Positions 54,716 through 64,000 of a DNA stretch of 64,000 bases are shown one piece after another. The first letter of the stretch is position 1, and each line of letters begins with the position of its first letter. The stretch comes from Oscillospiraceae bacterium. Its GTDB lineage: Bacteria; Bacillota; Clostridia; Oscillospirales; Ruminococcaceae. Position numbers and translations under genes: made by a program. The notes below the pieces were generated by a model. It had not been told where the DNA came from, ran no database searches, and saw nothing but the letters and a program-made list of their open reading frames with translations. The stretch spans positions 7,057-71,056 of the forward strand of contig JAFXJT010000010.1 in NCBI GenBank assembly GCA_017532085.1, given 5' to 3'.

Positions 54716-55180
54716 TTACGGTCTTGATTCCACGTTTTTGGGGTGATAATATCGTTGTTTTTGGGTCCGATCCGCCAGAGCCATCAGCTTTTGTTTATGA
54801 TGGAGCATCCGATGGGATCGTTTTCCTGCAATCGGAGCACTGCCATTGACTCCCAGCACGCCGCCCACCATACCGGCAGGCAGCGTAAATAGCAGCAGCA
54901 GCGGAATCCCCACTGATTGCGTGACCACCATTGCAAACAGCAGCCACAGCGTTGTCACAACTGCGCCGCACAGAAGCCCCCATCGCAGACCATGCCGCCG
55001 CAGTCGTTTCCCGGCAAACCATCCGGCATAAAAACAACCTGCCATCAGTGCCAGAGTGCCCAGTACACCATAACCCCATGCCGGCAGATCCATTACCGTG
55101 GCAAGCAATGCACCGCATACCATCCCCAATACGGAAATCGGTATCCCGATCAACAAAACCGCTTCCTGAAGCACGCGCAT
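54716..55180 (-). CDS. small polytopic membrane protein (about 4 TM)
   Basis: 154 aa, Gly/Leu-rich TM segments and a basic C-terminal tail. SD GGAGGTGA is upstream. No family was recognised with confidence. Confidence 0.6.
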   Translation of the reverse strand: MRVLQEAVLLIGIPISVLGMVCGALLATVMDLPAWGYGVLGTLALMAGCFYAGWFAGKRLRRHGLRWGLLCGAVVTTLWLLFAMVVTQSVGIPLLLLFTLPAGMVGGVLGVNGSAPIAGKRSHRMLHHKQKLMALADRTQKQRYYHPKNVESRP

Positions 55181-55319
55181 CCGATCACCTCCTGCTGCAA
55201 TCTATGCAGCGGCAAGGCACGATAGAACAGCTCGTTTGCTCTGAAAACAAAAGAAAAGCTGCCTTCGACCAACGTCAAAAGCAGCTTTCTATGGTAAATC
55301 ATCGGAAGAAATCTTTCGA

Positions 55320-56864
55320 TTATGCCTTCATATCAGCATTCACAGCATCAAATTCCTCTGTGATTTCCTTATCGGGAGCAGCGGTCAGCAAAGAAACAGC
55401 AATGATGCATACCAGTGCAACCAAGAATGCCGGCAGCAGCTCATAGATGCCCCAGATACCGCCGATCGGCGCAATGAGGAACTTCCAGACAAAGACCATC
55501 ACACCACCGGAAACCATACCTGCCAAAGCGCCCCACTTGTTGGAACGCTTCCAGAACAGCGCACAAAGCATCACCGGACCAAAGGTTGCACCGAAGCCTG
55601 CCCACGCAAAGGATACCACACGGAACACAGAGCTGTCGGGATTCCAAGCAATGATCACACCCAGCACGGCAATTCCCACAAGCACCAGACGCGCAACCAG
55701 CATAGAAACCTTCTGGGTCATCTTGATCTTAAACACATTGCTCAACAGGTTCTCGGACATACTGGAGGATGCCGCCAGAAGCTGAGAATCCGAAGTGGAC
55801 ATGGTAGAAGCCAGAATACCTGCAAAAATCAGACCTGCAAGGATTGCAAAGAATACGCCGTTTTTGCTCAGCAGATTTGCGATTACCATAACAACAGTCT
55901 CTGCCTCGGAGCTGGTGTTCAATTCGCCGATTGTGCCCTTTGCAGAAAGTGCGTTGCCAATAAATCCGATCAATACCGCAGCAGCCATGGAAAGTACAAC
56001 CCAGACCGTTGCAATGCGGCGAGAGGTTTTGATCTTCTTTTCATCCTCGATTGCCATAAAGCGCAGCAGAATATGGGGCATACCAAAATAGCCCAGACCC
56101 CATGCCATAGTAGAAGCAATGGGCAGTCATCCAAAAGGCGTACTCTCGCCGCCGGCGGGATTGTGCAGGGCATTCAGCGACAGATAATCCTTCAGACCCT
56201 CTGCATTCTCCATGACCACCTGCATGCCGCCTGCTTTGGAAACGCCAAAGACAATCAACACGACCAGAGCAAATGTCATAATGATGCTCTGAATCAGATC
56301 CGTGGTGCTGGCAGCAAGGAAACCGCCAATGCTGGTATAGGCAATGATAATGATTGCGCTCATAATCATTGCTGTATGGTATTCCATGCCAAACAGTGTG
56401 CCGAACAGCTTGCCGCAGGCAGAAAAGCCCGAAGCCGTATAGGGCACAAAGAAAATCAAGATGATGATTGCCGAAATCGCTTCAAGAATTTTCTTGTCAT
56501 CCCGATAGCGGTTGGAGAAGAAATCCGGCAGCGTAATGGAATTCCGGCAGCGCTGTGAGTATAACCGCAGACGCTTGGCTACGATCAGCCAGTTGATGTA
56601 GGTACCCACTGCCAAACCGATGGCAGTCCAGCCTGCCTCGGCAGCACCGGTCAGAAATGCAACGCCCGGAAGGCCCATGAGCAGCCAGCTGCTCATATCG
56701 GAAGCCTCAGCACTCATGGCAGTCACGATGGGGCCGAGCTTACGGCCTCCTAAGTAAAAATCGCTGACATTTTTATTCTTGTGAGAATAATAAATACCAA
56801 CGCCTACCATCACAAGCAGATACACAACGATGGTAACGAGCATACAGATCTTGCTATTGTCCAT
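55320..56864 (-). pseudogene. putP: sodium/proline symporter (SSS family, PutP-like) interrupted by one in-frame TGA
   Basis: The two track ORFs (56127-56957 and 55320-56108) are in the same frame and are joined by ...[35 protein letters not shown]. The stop codon lies at 56127-56129. SSS motifs seen: DFYLGGRKLG and SAEASDMSSWLLMGLPG. The N-terminal start is uncertain. Confidence 0.8.
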
Positions 56865-57090
56865 AATTGATGATGTATGAATTGATGAAAATTCATACGC
56901 CTCCTTTCTTAGATTTGCGAATTCCATGCAAAAATCCGCTGAAATGAACAAATACAAACTTTATTATACCAGAAGATTCCTCAAAGTGCAAGGGTTTTTG
57001 TCATATTTTTCTATATTTTTATCAAGAATACGCCTTTTCGTCCTCTGCGATCACCAAACAAAGACAGATGGTTAAAAACTGATTTTATCA

Positions 57091-57120
57091 TTGACATTTC
57101 AATTGCCTGTGTGCTATAAT
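57091..57120 (+). promoter_or_regulatory. sigma-A promoter of the amino-acid ABC transporter operon (TTGACA - 18 nt - TATAAT)
   Basis: Consensus hexamers are present. An untranslated leader of about 100 nt follows. Confidence 0.6.
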
Positions 57121-57227
57121 ATGGTATATTCATGTGCGCTTTCATAAAGCCACAAATATCCGACGAAAGAACCTGCGTTTTCACCCTTTTCGTGGCGCAG
57201 GCTTTTATTCATGAAAGGAGATTTCAA

Positions 57228-58013
57228 ATGAAAAGAATGCTTCGTACTCTTACCGCTGCTACCATGGCACTGGTCCTGCTGACAGGCTGCAGCAGCAGCA
57301 TCCCCGCCAACACCGTACACAACGCCGCCGATCTGGAAGGCAAAAAGATCGGTGTACAACTGGGCACCACGGGCGATGCTTATGCATCGGATGTCAAGGA
57401 TGCCACTGTCGAAAAGTATAACAAGGGCGCCGATGCCGTACAGGCTCTGAAACAGGGCAAAATTGATGCCGTTATCATTGACAATGAACCGGCAAAGGTT
57501 TTTGTCTCCAAAAACGATGATCTGATGATTCTCAATGAAGTGTTTGTAGAGGAGCAGTATGCCATCGCCATCAAAAAGGGCAACAGCGAACTGACTGCCG
57601 CCATCAACGGCGCTCTGGCAGAGCTGAAGGCGGAAGGCACCCTCGCCAATATCGAGAAGAACTGGATCGGCGATGACAAAGGCAAGACCCCCTATGTCAC
57701 TCCCGAAGGCACCCAATATCCCAACGGCGAGCTTGTCATGGCAACCAACGCCGAATTCCCGCCCTATGAAAGCATCGAAAACGGCAATGTTGTCGGCTAT
57801 GATGCGGATATGATGCGTGCCATCTGCGATAAGCTCGGCTATTCGCTGAAAATCGAAAACATGGAGTTCAACTCGATTATCGCTGCAGTGGATTCCGGCA
57901 AAGCCGATGTGGGCGCTGCCGGCATGACGGTGGATGAGGATCGTCTGAAAAACGTCGATTTCTCTGATCCTTACATCACCGCAACACAGGTGATTATCGT
58001 CCGCAAAAACTGA
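57228..58013 (+). CDS. amino-acid ABC transporter substrate-binding lipoprotein
   Basis: The lipobox reads LLTGCSS. KKIGVQLGTTGDAY, IDAVIIDNEPA and DFSDPY are present. SD GAAAGGAGA is upstream. Confidence 0.88.
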   Translation: MKRMLRTLTAATMALVLLTGCSSSIPANTVHNAADLEGKKIGVQLGTTGDAYASDVKDATVEKYNKGADAVQALKQGKIDAVIIDNEPAKVFVSKNDDLMILNEVFVEEQYAIAIKKGNSELTAAINGALAELKAEGTLANIEKNWIGDDKGKTPYVTPEGTQYPNGELVMATNAEFPPYESIENGNVVGYDADMMRAICDKLGYSLKIENMEFNSIIAAVDSGKADVGAAGMTVDEDRLKNVDFSDPYITATQVIIVRKN

Positions 58014-58075
58014 CACCTCCCCGGCGCCCTGTTCCAAAGGGCCGAATCTGAACAGAACGGAAGTGGTTAAGCGCA

Positions 58076-58777
58076 ATGCAGTTTCTTATGGAATTCAAAG
58101 AGGATCTGTATGCAAACTTCATCGAAGATCATCGTTGGAAATATCTTGTAAACGGTCTTGGCAATACGCTGATCATTACATTATTTGCCGTCATTTTCGG
58201 TATGCTGCTGGGATTCTTGCTGGCAGTCATCCGTGCAACACATGATAAAACCGGTAAGCTGCGCTTTTTGAATTTGATTGCCAAAATCTATCTCACAGTC
58301 ATTCGCGGCACGCCGGTGGTGGTACAGCTTTTAATTATCTACTTTGTGATTTTCGGCTCGGTGGATATCAACAAAACATTGGTAGCAGTGTTGGCATTCG
58401 GTCTGAATTCTGCAGCTTATGTGGCGGAGATCGTCCGATCGGGCATTATGTCCATTGATCAAGGACAGTTTGAAGCCGGTGCCAGTCTGGGACTGAATTA
58501 TCCCATGACAATGATCTATATCATTTTGCCGCAGGCGTTCAAGAACATCCTGCCGGCACTTGCCAACGAATTTATCGTGCTGCTCAAGGAAACCTCTGTG
58601 GCGGACTATATCGCCATTGAGGATCTGACCAAGGGCGGCGATATCATCCGCAGCCAGACCTATGAAGCGTTTTTGCCGTTGATTGCTGTTGCAGTGATCT
58701 ATCTGGTATTGGTTATGTTCCTGACGCATCTGGTCTCCAAGCTGGAAAGGAGGTTGGCAGTCAATGATAAGCGTTAA
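58076..58777 (+). CDS. amino-acid ABC transporter permease (His/Glu/Gln/Arg family)
   Basis: [20 protein letters not shown] and an EAA-like loop ([27 protein letters not shown]) are present. Confidence 0.9.
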   Translation: MQFLMEFKEDLYANFIEDHRWKYLVNGLGNTLIITLFAVIFGMLLGFLLAVIRATHDKTGKLRFLNLIAKIYLTVIRGTPVVVQLLIIYFVIFGSVDINKTLVAVLAFGLNSAAYVAEIVRSGIMSIDQGQFEAGASLGLNYPMTMIYIILPQAFKNILPALANEFIVLLKETSVADYIAIEDLTKGGDIIRSQTYEAFLPLIAVAVIYLVLVMFLTHLVSKLERRLAVNDKR

Positions 58778-59489
58778 GAAGCTCAATAAATCCTTCGGTG
58801 AGCTGCATATCCTCAAAGATCTGGATACTCAGATCGAACAGGGCGAAAAGGTCGTGATTGTAGGGCCCTCCGGTTCCGGCAAGAGTACCTTTCTGCGCTG
58901 CCTCAATCTGATGGAAACGCCTACTTCCGGCTCGATTTTCTTTGAAGGCACGGATATTACCAAAGCTTCCACCTCTGAAGTCAATCTGCTTCGCCGCAAA
59001 ATGGGCATGGTATTTCAGCATTTCAATCTGTTTCCGCATCTCACCATCCGTAAGAATATCACACTGGCTCCGATCAAGCTGGGACTGATGTCCAAGGAAG
59101 AGGCAGATGCCAAAGCAAGCTCGCTGCTGCAGAAAGTCGGACTTGCCGATAAAGCAGAGCAATATCCCAACCAGCTTTCGGGCGGTCAAAAGCAGCGTAT
59201 TGCCATTGCACGTGCACTGGCGATGAATCCTGCTGTAATGCTCTTTGATGAGCCTACCTCTGCACTGGATCCCGAAATGGTCGGAGAGGTGCTCAATTTG
59301 ATGAAGGAGCTTGCTGAGGATGGTATGACTATGATTGTAGTAACCCATGAAATGGGCTTTGCAAAAGAAGTTGCCTCACGTGTGATGTTTATGTCGGATG
59401 GCATGATCTTAGAGGAGGCACCTCCGAAAGCATTCTTTGAAAATCCGCAGAATCCTCGCTTGCAGGAGTTCCTTTCCAAGGTTCTGTAA
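58764..59489 (+). CDS. amino-acid ABC transporter ATP-binding protein
   Basis: Walker [10 protein letters not shown], signature LSGGQKQR and Walker [12 protein letters not shown] are present. Confidence 0.93.
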   Translation: MISVKKLNKSFGELHILKDLDTQIEQGEKVVIVGPSGSGKSTFLRCLNLMETPTSGSIFFEGTDITKASTSEVNLLRRKMGMVFQHFNLFPHLTIRKNITLAPIKLGLMSKEEADAKASSLLQKVGLADKAEQYPNQLSGGQKQRIAIARALAMNPAVMLFDEPTSALDPEMVGEVLNLMKELAEDGMTMIVVTHEMGFAKEVASRVMFMSDGMILEEAPPKAFFENPQNPRLQEFLSKVL

Positions 59490-59490
59490 T

Positions 59491-59922
59491 ATGGCACTGC
59501 ATACTGTATTGTTTTACGGCAATCAGGCTCCTGCTTTTGCTGATGCCGCTTTGATTCGCAGGACTGTATTCCTGCAGGAGCAAGGCTTTTCCGAAGATTT
59601 TGATGCAACGGATGCTGTGGCATGGCATGCCGTGATCTATGAAGATCAAACGCCTCTTGCCACCGGAAGATTGTTTTCCGAGTCGCAGCAGGTCTATCAT
59701 ATCGGCAGAGTCGCTGTGCAGCAATCCGCACGCAAGCAAGGCATCGGTGCTGCGCTCATGCTGGCGCTGGAACAAAAAGCTGCCTCGCTGGGCGCAAATA
59801 CAATCGTATTAGGAGCACAAACACAAGCCGCAGGGTTTTATCGCTCCATTGGCTACATAGCCTATGGAACGCCATTTTACGAAGAGCATTGTGAGCATAT
59901 CTCCATGCAAAAACAGCTATAA
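59491..59922 (+). CDS. GNAT family N-acetyltransferase
   Basis: RVAVQQSARKQGIGAALMLALEQKA...AAGFYRSIGY is present. The ATG lies 2 nt after the upstream stop. Confidence 0.8.
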   Translation: MALHTVLFYGNQAPAFADAALIRRTVFLQEQGFSEDFDATDAVAWHAVIYEDQTPLATGRLFSESQQVYHIGRVAVQQSARKQGIGAALMLALEQKAASLGANTIVLGAQTQAAGFYRSIGYIAYGTPFYEEHCEHISMQKQL

Positions 59923-59934
59923 TCCAAAAAAACG

Positions 59935-59983
59935 CCCCTGCACCCATATCCGCCGTTCGGATTCGGTGCAGGGGTTATTTTTC
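59935..59983 (+). terminator. intrinsic terminator
   Basis: CCCCTGCACC...GGTGCAGGGG is followed by TTATTTTT. Confidence 0.75.
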
Positions 59984-60082
59984 TGTTTTTCATCCCAACA
60001 CAAAAAGTAAACCGGCAGAAGCGCTCAAAGAACCTCTGCCGGTAAAATGTGTATCAAAGAATATGCTGCCGTTCAGCTTCGA

Positions 60083-60475
60083 TCAAGTGGATGTACGTAA
60101 AGCGCCCATCAAAGCAAAAAGGCTGCCGTAGAAGATGACCACGAGAACAATAGAAATCAAATACATGATCAGATAATACCGCGCAAAATTCTTGACATTG
60201 ACATTGGTATCACTGCCAAAGGCATACATAAACATCATAATCAAGCCAACGATCGGAATGGCAAACAATAGATTATATCCGAAATATCCCATGGGAGAAA
60301 TCGGCTTGTGATCCATCGGAATCTGTAGTTGTACAGGCATTTGCTGAGGCATTTGCTGAGGCATTTGCTGCATGTGCGGCATTGGCTGCGACATATTGAT
60401 ACCGGTCGGCTGACCGCAATAGTTACAATGCACTGTTTGATCGGCGAGCTGTGCGCCACAATTTGGACAAATCAT
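60083..60475 (-). CDS. zinc-ribbon membrane protein with a Met/Pro/Gln repeat linker
   Basis: The N-terminus MICPNCGAQL...HCNYCGQ is a zinc ribbon. A PMPHMQQMPQQMPQQMP linker follows, then 3 predicted TM segments. SD GGAGGAAG is upstream. Confidence 0.7.
   Translation of the reverse strand: MICPNCGAQLADQTVHCNYCGQPTGINMSQPMPHMQQMPQQMPQQMPVQLQIPMDHKPISPMGYFGYNLLFAIPIVGLIMMFMYAFGSDTNVNVKNFARYYLIMYLISIVLVVIFYGSLFALMGALRTST
60336..60370 (-). repeat. 12-nt tandem repeat (GGCATTTGCTGA x 2.9) encoding (QQMP)n
   Basis: Direct tandem copies lie at 60336-47, 60348-59 and 60360-70, inside the zinc-ribbon protein gene. Confidence 0.9.
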
Positions 60476-60712
60476 TTTAGATCTTCCTCCATTTGTCATA
60501 TTTTGTCGCATCATGCAACAGTATTATCATATCACGTTTTCCGCAAACTGTCAATGGGATTTCACGAATTCTCCTATCATTTCCAAATTTCAAAGCACAC
60601 ATCGGCTCCCGCAGCCGCTGATTCTTGACCGTCACGACATCAATCGGGCATCAAAAAAAGACTTGCTGCAAGGTAAAAACCCTGTAAGCAAGTCTTTTTC
60701 TCGATAAAATAA

Positions 60713-61129
60713 TTATCTCTTGGAGAACTGAGGAGCACGACGTGCGGCCTTGAGACCGTACTTCTTTCTCTCCTTCATTCTGGGGTCACGAGTCAAGAAT
60801 CCGGCCTTTTTGAGAGCAGGACGCAGCTCAGCATCGAACTGAAGCAGAGCACGTGCAACACCATGACGGATTGCACCGGCCTGACCGGTCACACCACCGC
60901 CTGCAACAGTGCAGACGATATCGAACTGATCAGCAGTGCCGGTGAGAGCCACAGGCTGACGCACGATCAGCTTGAGCGTCTCGAGACCAAAATAGTCATC
61001 AATGCTTCTGCCATTGATGGTAACATTGCCGGAGCCCGGATACAGACGGACTCTTGCAACGGAATGCTTTCTTCTGCCGGTGCCGTAGAACGACTTCAGC
61101 TTAGACTGATAAGATACAGTTTCACTCAT
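60713..61129 (-). CDS. rpsI: 30S ribosomal protein S9
   Basis: [33 protein letters not shown] and the C-terminus [17 protein letters not shown] are present. Confidence 0.96.
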   Translation of the reverse strand: MSETVSYQSKLKSFYGTGRRKHSVARVRLYPGSGNVTINGRSIDDYFGLETLKLIVRQPVALTGTADQFDIVCTVAGGGVTGQAGAIRHGVARALLQFDAELRPALKKAGFLTRDPRMKERKKYGLKAARRAPQFSKR

Positions 61130-61143
61130 TGCAGAATCCCTCC

Positions 61144-61572
61144 TTACAGCTGATACATTTCAGGCTTCTGAGCCTGATTCTTGTGATCTGCTCCAGCATA
61201 CACACGCAGGCGCTTCATAGAAGCTCTGCCGATAACGTTATCCTTGAGCATGCCCTTAACAGCAATATACATTGCGTGATCAGGGCGCTTCTCCATCAGT
61301 TCACGATAGGAGACCTTTTTCAGGTGGCCGATCCAGCCGGTGTGCCAGATCTCGAACTTCTGATCCAGCTTCTTACCGGTCAGAACAGCCTTGCCGCAGT
61401 TGATGATGATTACGTGATCGCCGCAATCGACATTGGGGGTGAAATCCGGCTTATGCTTGCCGCGGAGAATTGTAGCAGCCTTAGCAGCAACACGACCAAG
61501 AGGCTGGCCTGCTGCGTCAAGGATATACCATTTCCGGTTGATTTCGCCAACCTTCGGGATGGTTGTTGACAT
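61144..61572 (-). CDS. rplM: 50S ribosomal protein L13
   Basis: [33 protein letters not shown] and GDHVIIIN are present. SD GGAGGAAG precedes ATG 61572. Confidence 0.96.
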   Translation of the reverse strand: MSTTIPKVGEINRKWYILDAAGQPLGRVAAKAATILRGKHKPDFTPNVDCGDHVIIINCGKAVLTGKKLDQKFEIWHTGWIGHLKKVSYRELMEKRPDHAMYIAVKGMLKDNVIGRASMKRLRVYAGADHKNQAQKPEMYQL

Positions 61573-61666
61573 AATAACTTCCTCCATAAAATTTAGGTTT
61601 CCGGAGCTTTGACGGAATCCGGCACAAAACCGCATACCACGCCTCTATTCCGGCAGTGCAAGAATT

Positions 61667-61695
61667 ATTATACACTATTTTCCCGAGCCTGTCAA
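61667..61695 (-). promoter_or_regulatory. consensus sigma-A promoter of rplM-rpsI (TTGACA - 17 nt - TATAAT) followed by a ~90-nt structured leader
   Basis: Read on the minus strand, the -35 lies at 61695-61690 and the -10 at 61672-61667. The leader contains a CGGAAT...ATTCCG helix and may be an L13-type autoregulatory leader, but this is unverified. Confidence 0.65.
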
Positions 61696-61878
61696 CTGTC
61701 AAATTGCCGAATTTTCAAAATACGGCCATCATTCTTCCATATTCTCTTGTATTCTCTCGTATTCTCTCTGATTCTCGGAGTTCATTTCACTTTTTTGTAC
61801 ATCAAAGAACGGCACTGCCAAAAAACATGGGGAGAAACCCGGTTTCTCCCCTGATTATTCGTCAGATTGCACAACGGC

Positions 61879-62874
61879 TCAGTCCAGCTTTTCATACTCA
61901 TGACGCTTTGGACGGCCCATCAGCTTACCCAACGCCATATTGATATCGCCGTTTTCATACAGCACCGCATAGAGCTGCTCGGTGATGGGCATTTCCACGC
62001 CGTATTTCTTTGCCAGACCATAAGCAGTACGACAGCAATAATAGCCTTCCACCGTACCTACTTGCCGAACCGCCTCATCAGGAGCCACACCTTGCCCGAT
62101 GAGAATACCGGCTCTGCGATTGCGGCTATGCATACTGGTGCAGGTCACAATCAGATCGCCAAGACCGGTTAAACCGGCAAAGGTTTCGGTTTTCGAGCCC
62201 AAAGCGACACCGAGTCTTGCAATTTCATGCAATCCTCTGGTCATCAATGCAGCTTTGGTATTATCGCCATAGCCCAGACCATCGTTGATGCCGGCACAAA
62301 GAGCGATCACATTTTTCAGCGCACCACCCAGCTCACAGCCGGTGACATCCTCATTGATATACACACGAAACCGAGGTGTACTGAGCCATTCCTGCACATA
62401 GTAGGCGGCAGCAGCGCTCTTGGAAGCTGCAACCACAGAAGTTGGAATCTCTCGTGCCACCTCCTCGGCATGACAAGGACCGGTCAGCACCACATAAGCA
62501 GCCTGAGGAATTTCCTCAGCGAACACTGTGCTCATCAGCTTCAGCGTACCTTCTTCAATCCCCTTGCCCGCATTGCAGACAATGGTACCGGGCTTAATAT
62601 AGGGTGCTGCACGCCGTGCTGTCTCCCGCACGAATGCCGAGGGAATGACAAACAACACCATATCACTGCCCTCAATCACAGAGATATCAGCGGACAGATT
62701 GATTTCTTTGGGGATCTTCACACCGGGAAGCTTTACTTTCTGCTCTCCGTCACGACGAATTGCTTCAATCTCCTCGGGCAGAGCACTCCATAATGTAACC
62801 TGATGCCCCATACTATGCAGCAGGATTGCCAGTGCACTGCCAAATCCGCCGCCCAAAACAGTAATCGCAGCCAT
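61879..62874 (-). CDS. gpsA: NAD(P)H-dependent glycerol-3-phosphate dehydrogenase
   Basis: ITVLGGGFGSALA, GALKNVIALCAGI and SMHSRNRRAG are present. Confidence 0.93.
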   Translation of the reverse strand: MAAITVLGGGFGSALAILLHSMGHQVTLWSALPEEIEAIRRDGEQKVKLPGVKIPKEINLSADISVIEGSDMVLFVIPSAFVRETARRAAPYIKPGTIVCNAGKGIEEGTLKLMSTVFAEEIPQAAYVVLTGPCHAEEVAREIPTSVVAASKSAAAAYYVQEWLSTPRFRVYINEDVTGCELGGALKNVIALCAGINDGLGYGDNTKAALMTRGLHEIARLGVALGSKTETFAGLTGLGDLIVTCTSMHSRNRRAGILIGQGVAPDEAVRQVGTVEGYYCCRTAYGLAKKYGVEMPITEQLYAVLYENGDINMALGKLMGRPKRHEYEKLD

Positions 62875-62901
62875 GTACTCAGCACCTTTCCAATGTTAAT
62901 G

Positions 62902-63618
62902 CTATTTTTCGGAATCTTTCGGTTTGGGATCACCGATTCTGCGCTCGGTTCCCGCCTTCAGACGTTTGATATTCTCATGATGACAGCTGACAATCATGGC
63001 AGCCATTACCGCTACGATTGCCGTATACAACAGCGCCATACCCATATCGGTACCGCGCAAAAAGATCTCCAGCAAGAAGGTAGTGGGGATGACGCAGAGC
63101 GTTGCCACAATGGACGATAGCGAAACATATTTTGTCCGCCACAGCATCAATCCGAAAATCGACATAAGAATCAAAAAGGTCAGAGGATTGATCACGAGGA
63201 ACACACTGACACCAACCAGAACGCCTTTTCCGCCATGGAATTTATGATAGATCGGCTTCATATGTCCTAAAATGGCGAATGCGGCAGCAAGAAATCCCAG
63301 CCAGCGATAATCATTTCCGCCGCCATCCTCAATGGGTGCCCAGCCCAGTAGGTTACTGAGCAGCAATGTCAAAGCAATGGCAGCCGCACCCTTTCCAAGA
63401 TCAATGATGAGTGTAACGATACCGCAGCCCTTGCCAAAGCAGCGAATGGTATTGGTGAGACCTGCATTTTTACTGCCGTAATCACGAATATCCACACCCT
63501 TGAACACACGAACAGTCAAAATGGCACCATTGATACTGCCAATCAAATAGCCGCATAGCGCAGCCAGCAGCGCAGCCAGCACATAGCCAAGGGGCTGCAT
63601 AACCAAAAGTTCCTTCAT
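62902..63618 (-). CDS. plsY: glycerol-3-phosphate acyltransferase PlsY
   Basis: GYLIGSINGAI, DIRDYGSKNAGLTN and HMKPIYHKFHGGKG are present. The start could instead be ATG 63600. Confidence 0.9.
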   Translation of the reverse strand: MKELLVMQPLGYVLAALLAALCGYLIGSINGAILTVRVFKGVDIRDYGSKNAGLTNTIRCFGKGCGIVTLIIDLGKGAAAIALTLLLSNLLGWAPIEDGGGNDYRWLGFLAAAFAILGHMKPIYHKFHGGKGVLVGVSVFLVINPLTFLILMSIFGLMLWRTKYVSLSSIVATLCVIPTTFLLEIFLRGTDMGMALLYTAIVAVMAAMIVSCHHENIKRLKAGTERRIGDPKPKDSEK

Positions 63619-63687
63619 AAAAAAACAGGAGCCTCATTTCCTTAAAAATAACCGGATTGCACGTTTCAGCGCAATACAGCGGCAGAT

Positions 63688-64000
63688 TTATGATTTGGTA
63701 CCCTTATCATTGCCACGTTCCCGGATAATAAACCGCACAGGTGTACCGACGAGCCCAAAGGTTTCACGAAGCTGGTTTTCCAGATAGCGCTGATAGGAAA
63801 AATGAAACAGATCCGCACGATTGACAAAAAATACAAAAGTAGGCGGCTGTGTACTTGCTTGCGTCATATAATAGATTTTCAGACGTCTGCCCTTATCGGT
63901 AGGCGGCTGCACACGAGCCGTTGCATATGCCAGCACATCATTGAGCTTACCGGTGGTAATCCGCATTGCATGATTGGCTGCCACAGTACGAATCATCGAA
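63688..64000 (-). CDS. der: ribosome-biogenesis GTPase Der (EngA), C-terminal KH-like domain only; 5' part lies beyond the window end
   Basis: RLKIYYMTQASTQPPTFVFFVNRADLFHFSYQRYLENQLRETFGLVGTPVRFIIRER is present. The der-plsY-gpsA order is conserved in Firmicutes. Confidence 0.9.
   Translation of the reverse strand, partial: SMIRTVAANHAMRITTGKLNDVLAYATARVQPPTDKGRRLKIYYMTQASTQPPTFVFFVNRADLFHFSYQRYLENQLRETFGLVGTPVRFIIRERGNDKGTKS

Noticed and set aside
56127-56129. The TGA in putP as selenocysteine or a reassigned Trp codon.
   Set aside because: No SECIS-like hairpin is evident directly downstream, and SSS transporters are not selenoproteins. TGA is used as a genuine stop by many genes in this window, so a nonsense mutation or a sequencing error is more parsimonious.
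57172-57209. A riboswitch or attenuator in the ABC-transporter leader (CCTGCG...CGCAGG followed by CTTTTATT).
   Set aside because: The stem is only 6 bp with an 18-nt loop, and no known riboswitch core is recognisable in the ~100-nt leader. This is too weak to call.

Overview
This is a 64 kb chromosomal window from a Gram-positive anaerobe. It is most plausibly a cellulosome-producing Ruminococcus-like member of the Clostridia. That is an inference from two secreted PL1-type pectate lyases ending in a poly-Thr linker plus type I dockerin, SCIFF/scfB, CIRCE-hrcA-grpE-dnaK-dnaJ, der-plsY-gpsA and a T-box valS leader. I call about 57 protein genes. Most are housekeeping: birA, rlmH, murA, gltX, valS, the dnaK operon, tgt, mtaB, purL, eno, rpsI/rplM, gpsA/plsY/der, a Ca-ATPase, an amino-acid ABC transporter, and GH3 and M20 enzymes. 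I saw no rRNA, tRNA, CRISPR array, transposase or integrase.

The stand-out is a phage-derived system split over two loci.
- Locus 1 (12.6-19.8 kb) holds nine tightly coupled + strand genes: TerS, PBSX-type TerL, portal, HK97-like capsid, prohead protease/scaffold, adaptor and three unknowns. It has no tail tube, tape measure, fibre, lysogeny, replication or regulator genes. It is bounded by an antitoxin-less mazF and a strong terminator.
- Locus 2 (28.6-29.6 kb) is a self-contained holin + GH25 endolysin unit between valS and a GH3 gene.
- Both loci are preceded, in the same orientation and at a similar distance, by a 27/28-identical near-palindrome plus a CGCTGT box 10 nt further on. They therefore look like one regulon separated by about 9 kb of core genes, including gltX. 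That architecture fits a domesticated gene-transfer-agent-like or tail-less capsid-forming element better than an ordinary prophage.

Other items worth a second look:
- an orphan promoter-to-terminator non-coding unit at 1.05-1.46 kb;
- an in-frame TGA splitting putP;
- a truncated dpaA;
- the unlisted 46-aa SCIFF peptide gene;
- a 36-aa hydrophobic mini-gene;
- a structured 3' region after an HPr-like gene.

All homology calls come from motif recognition by eye. No database search, folding or statistics were run, and start codons were chosen from SD spacing.
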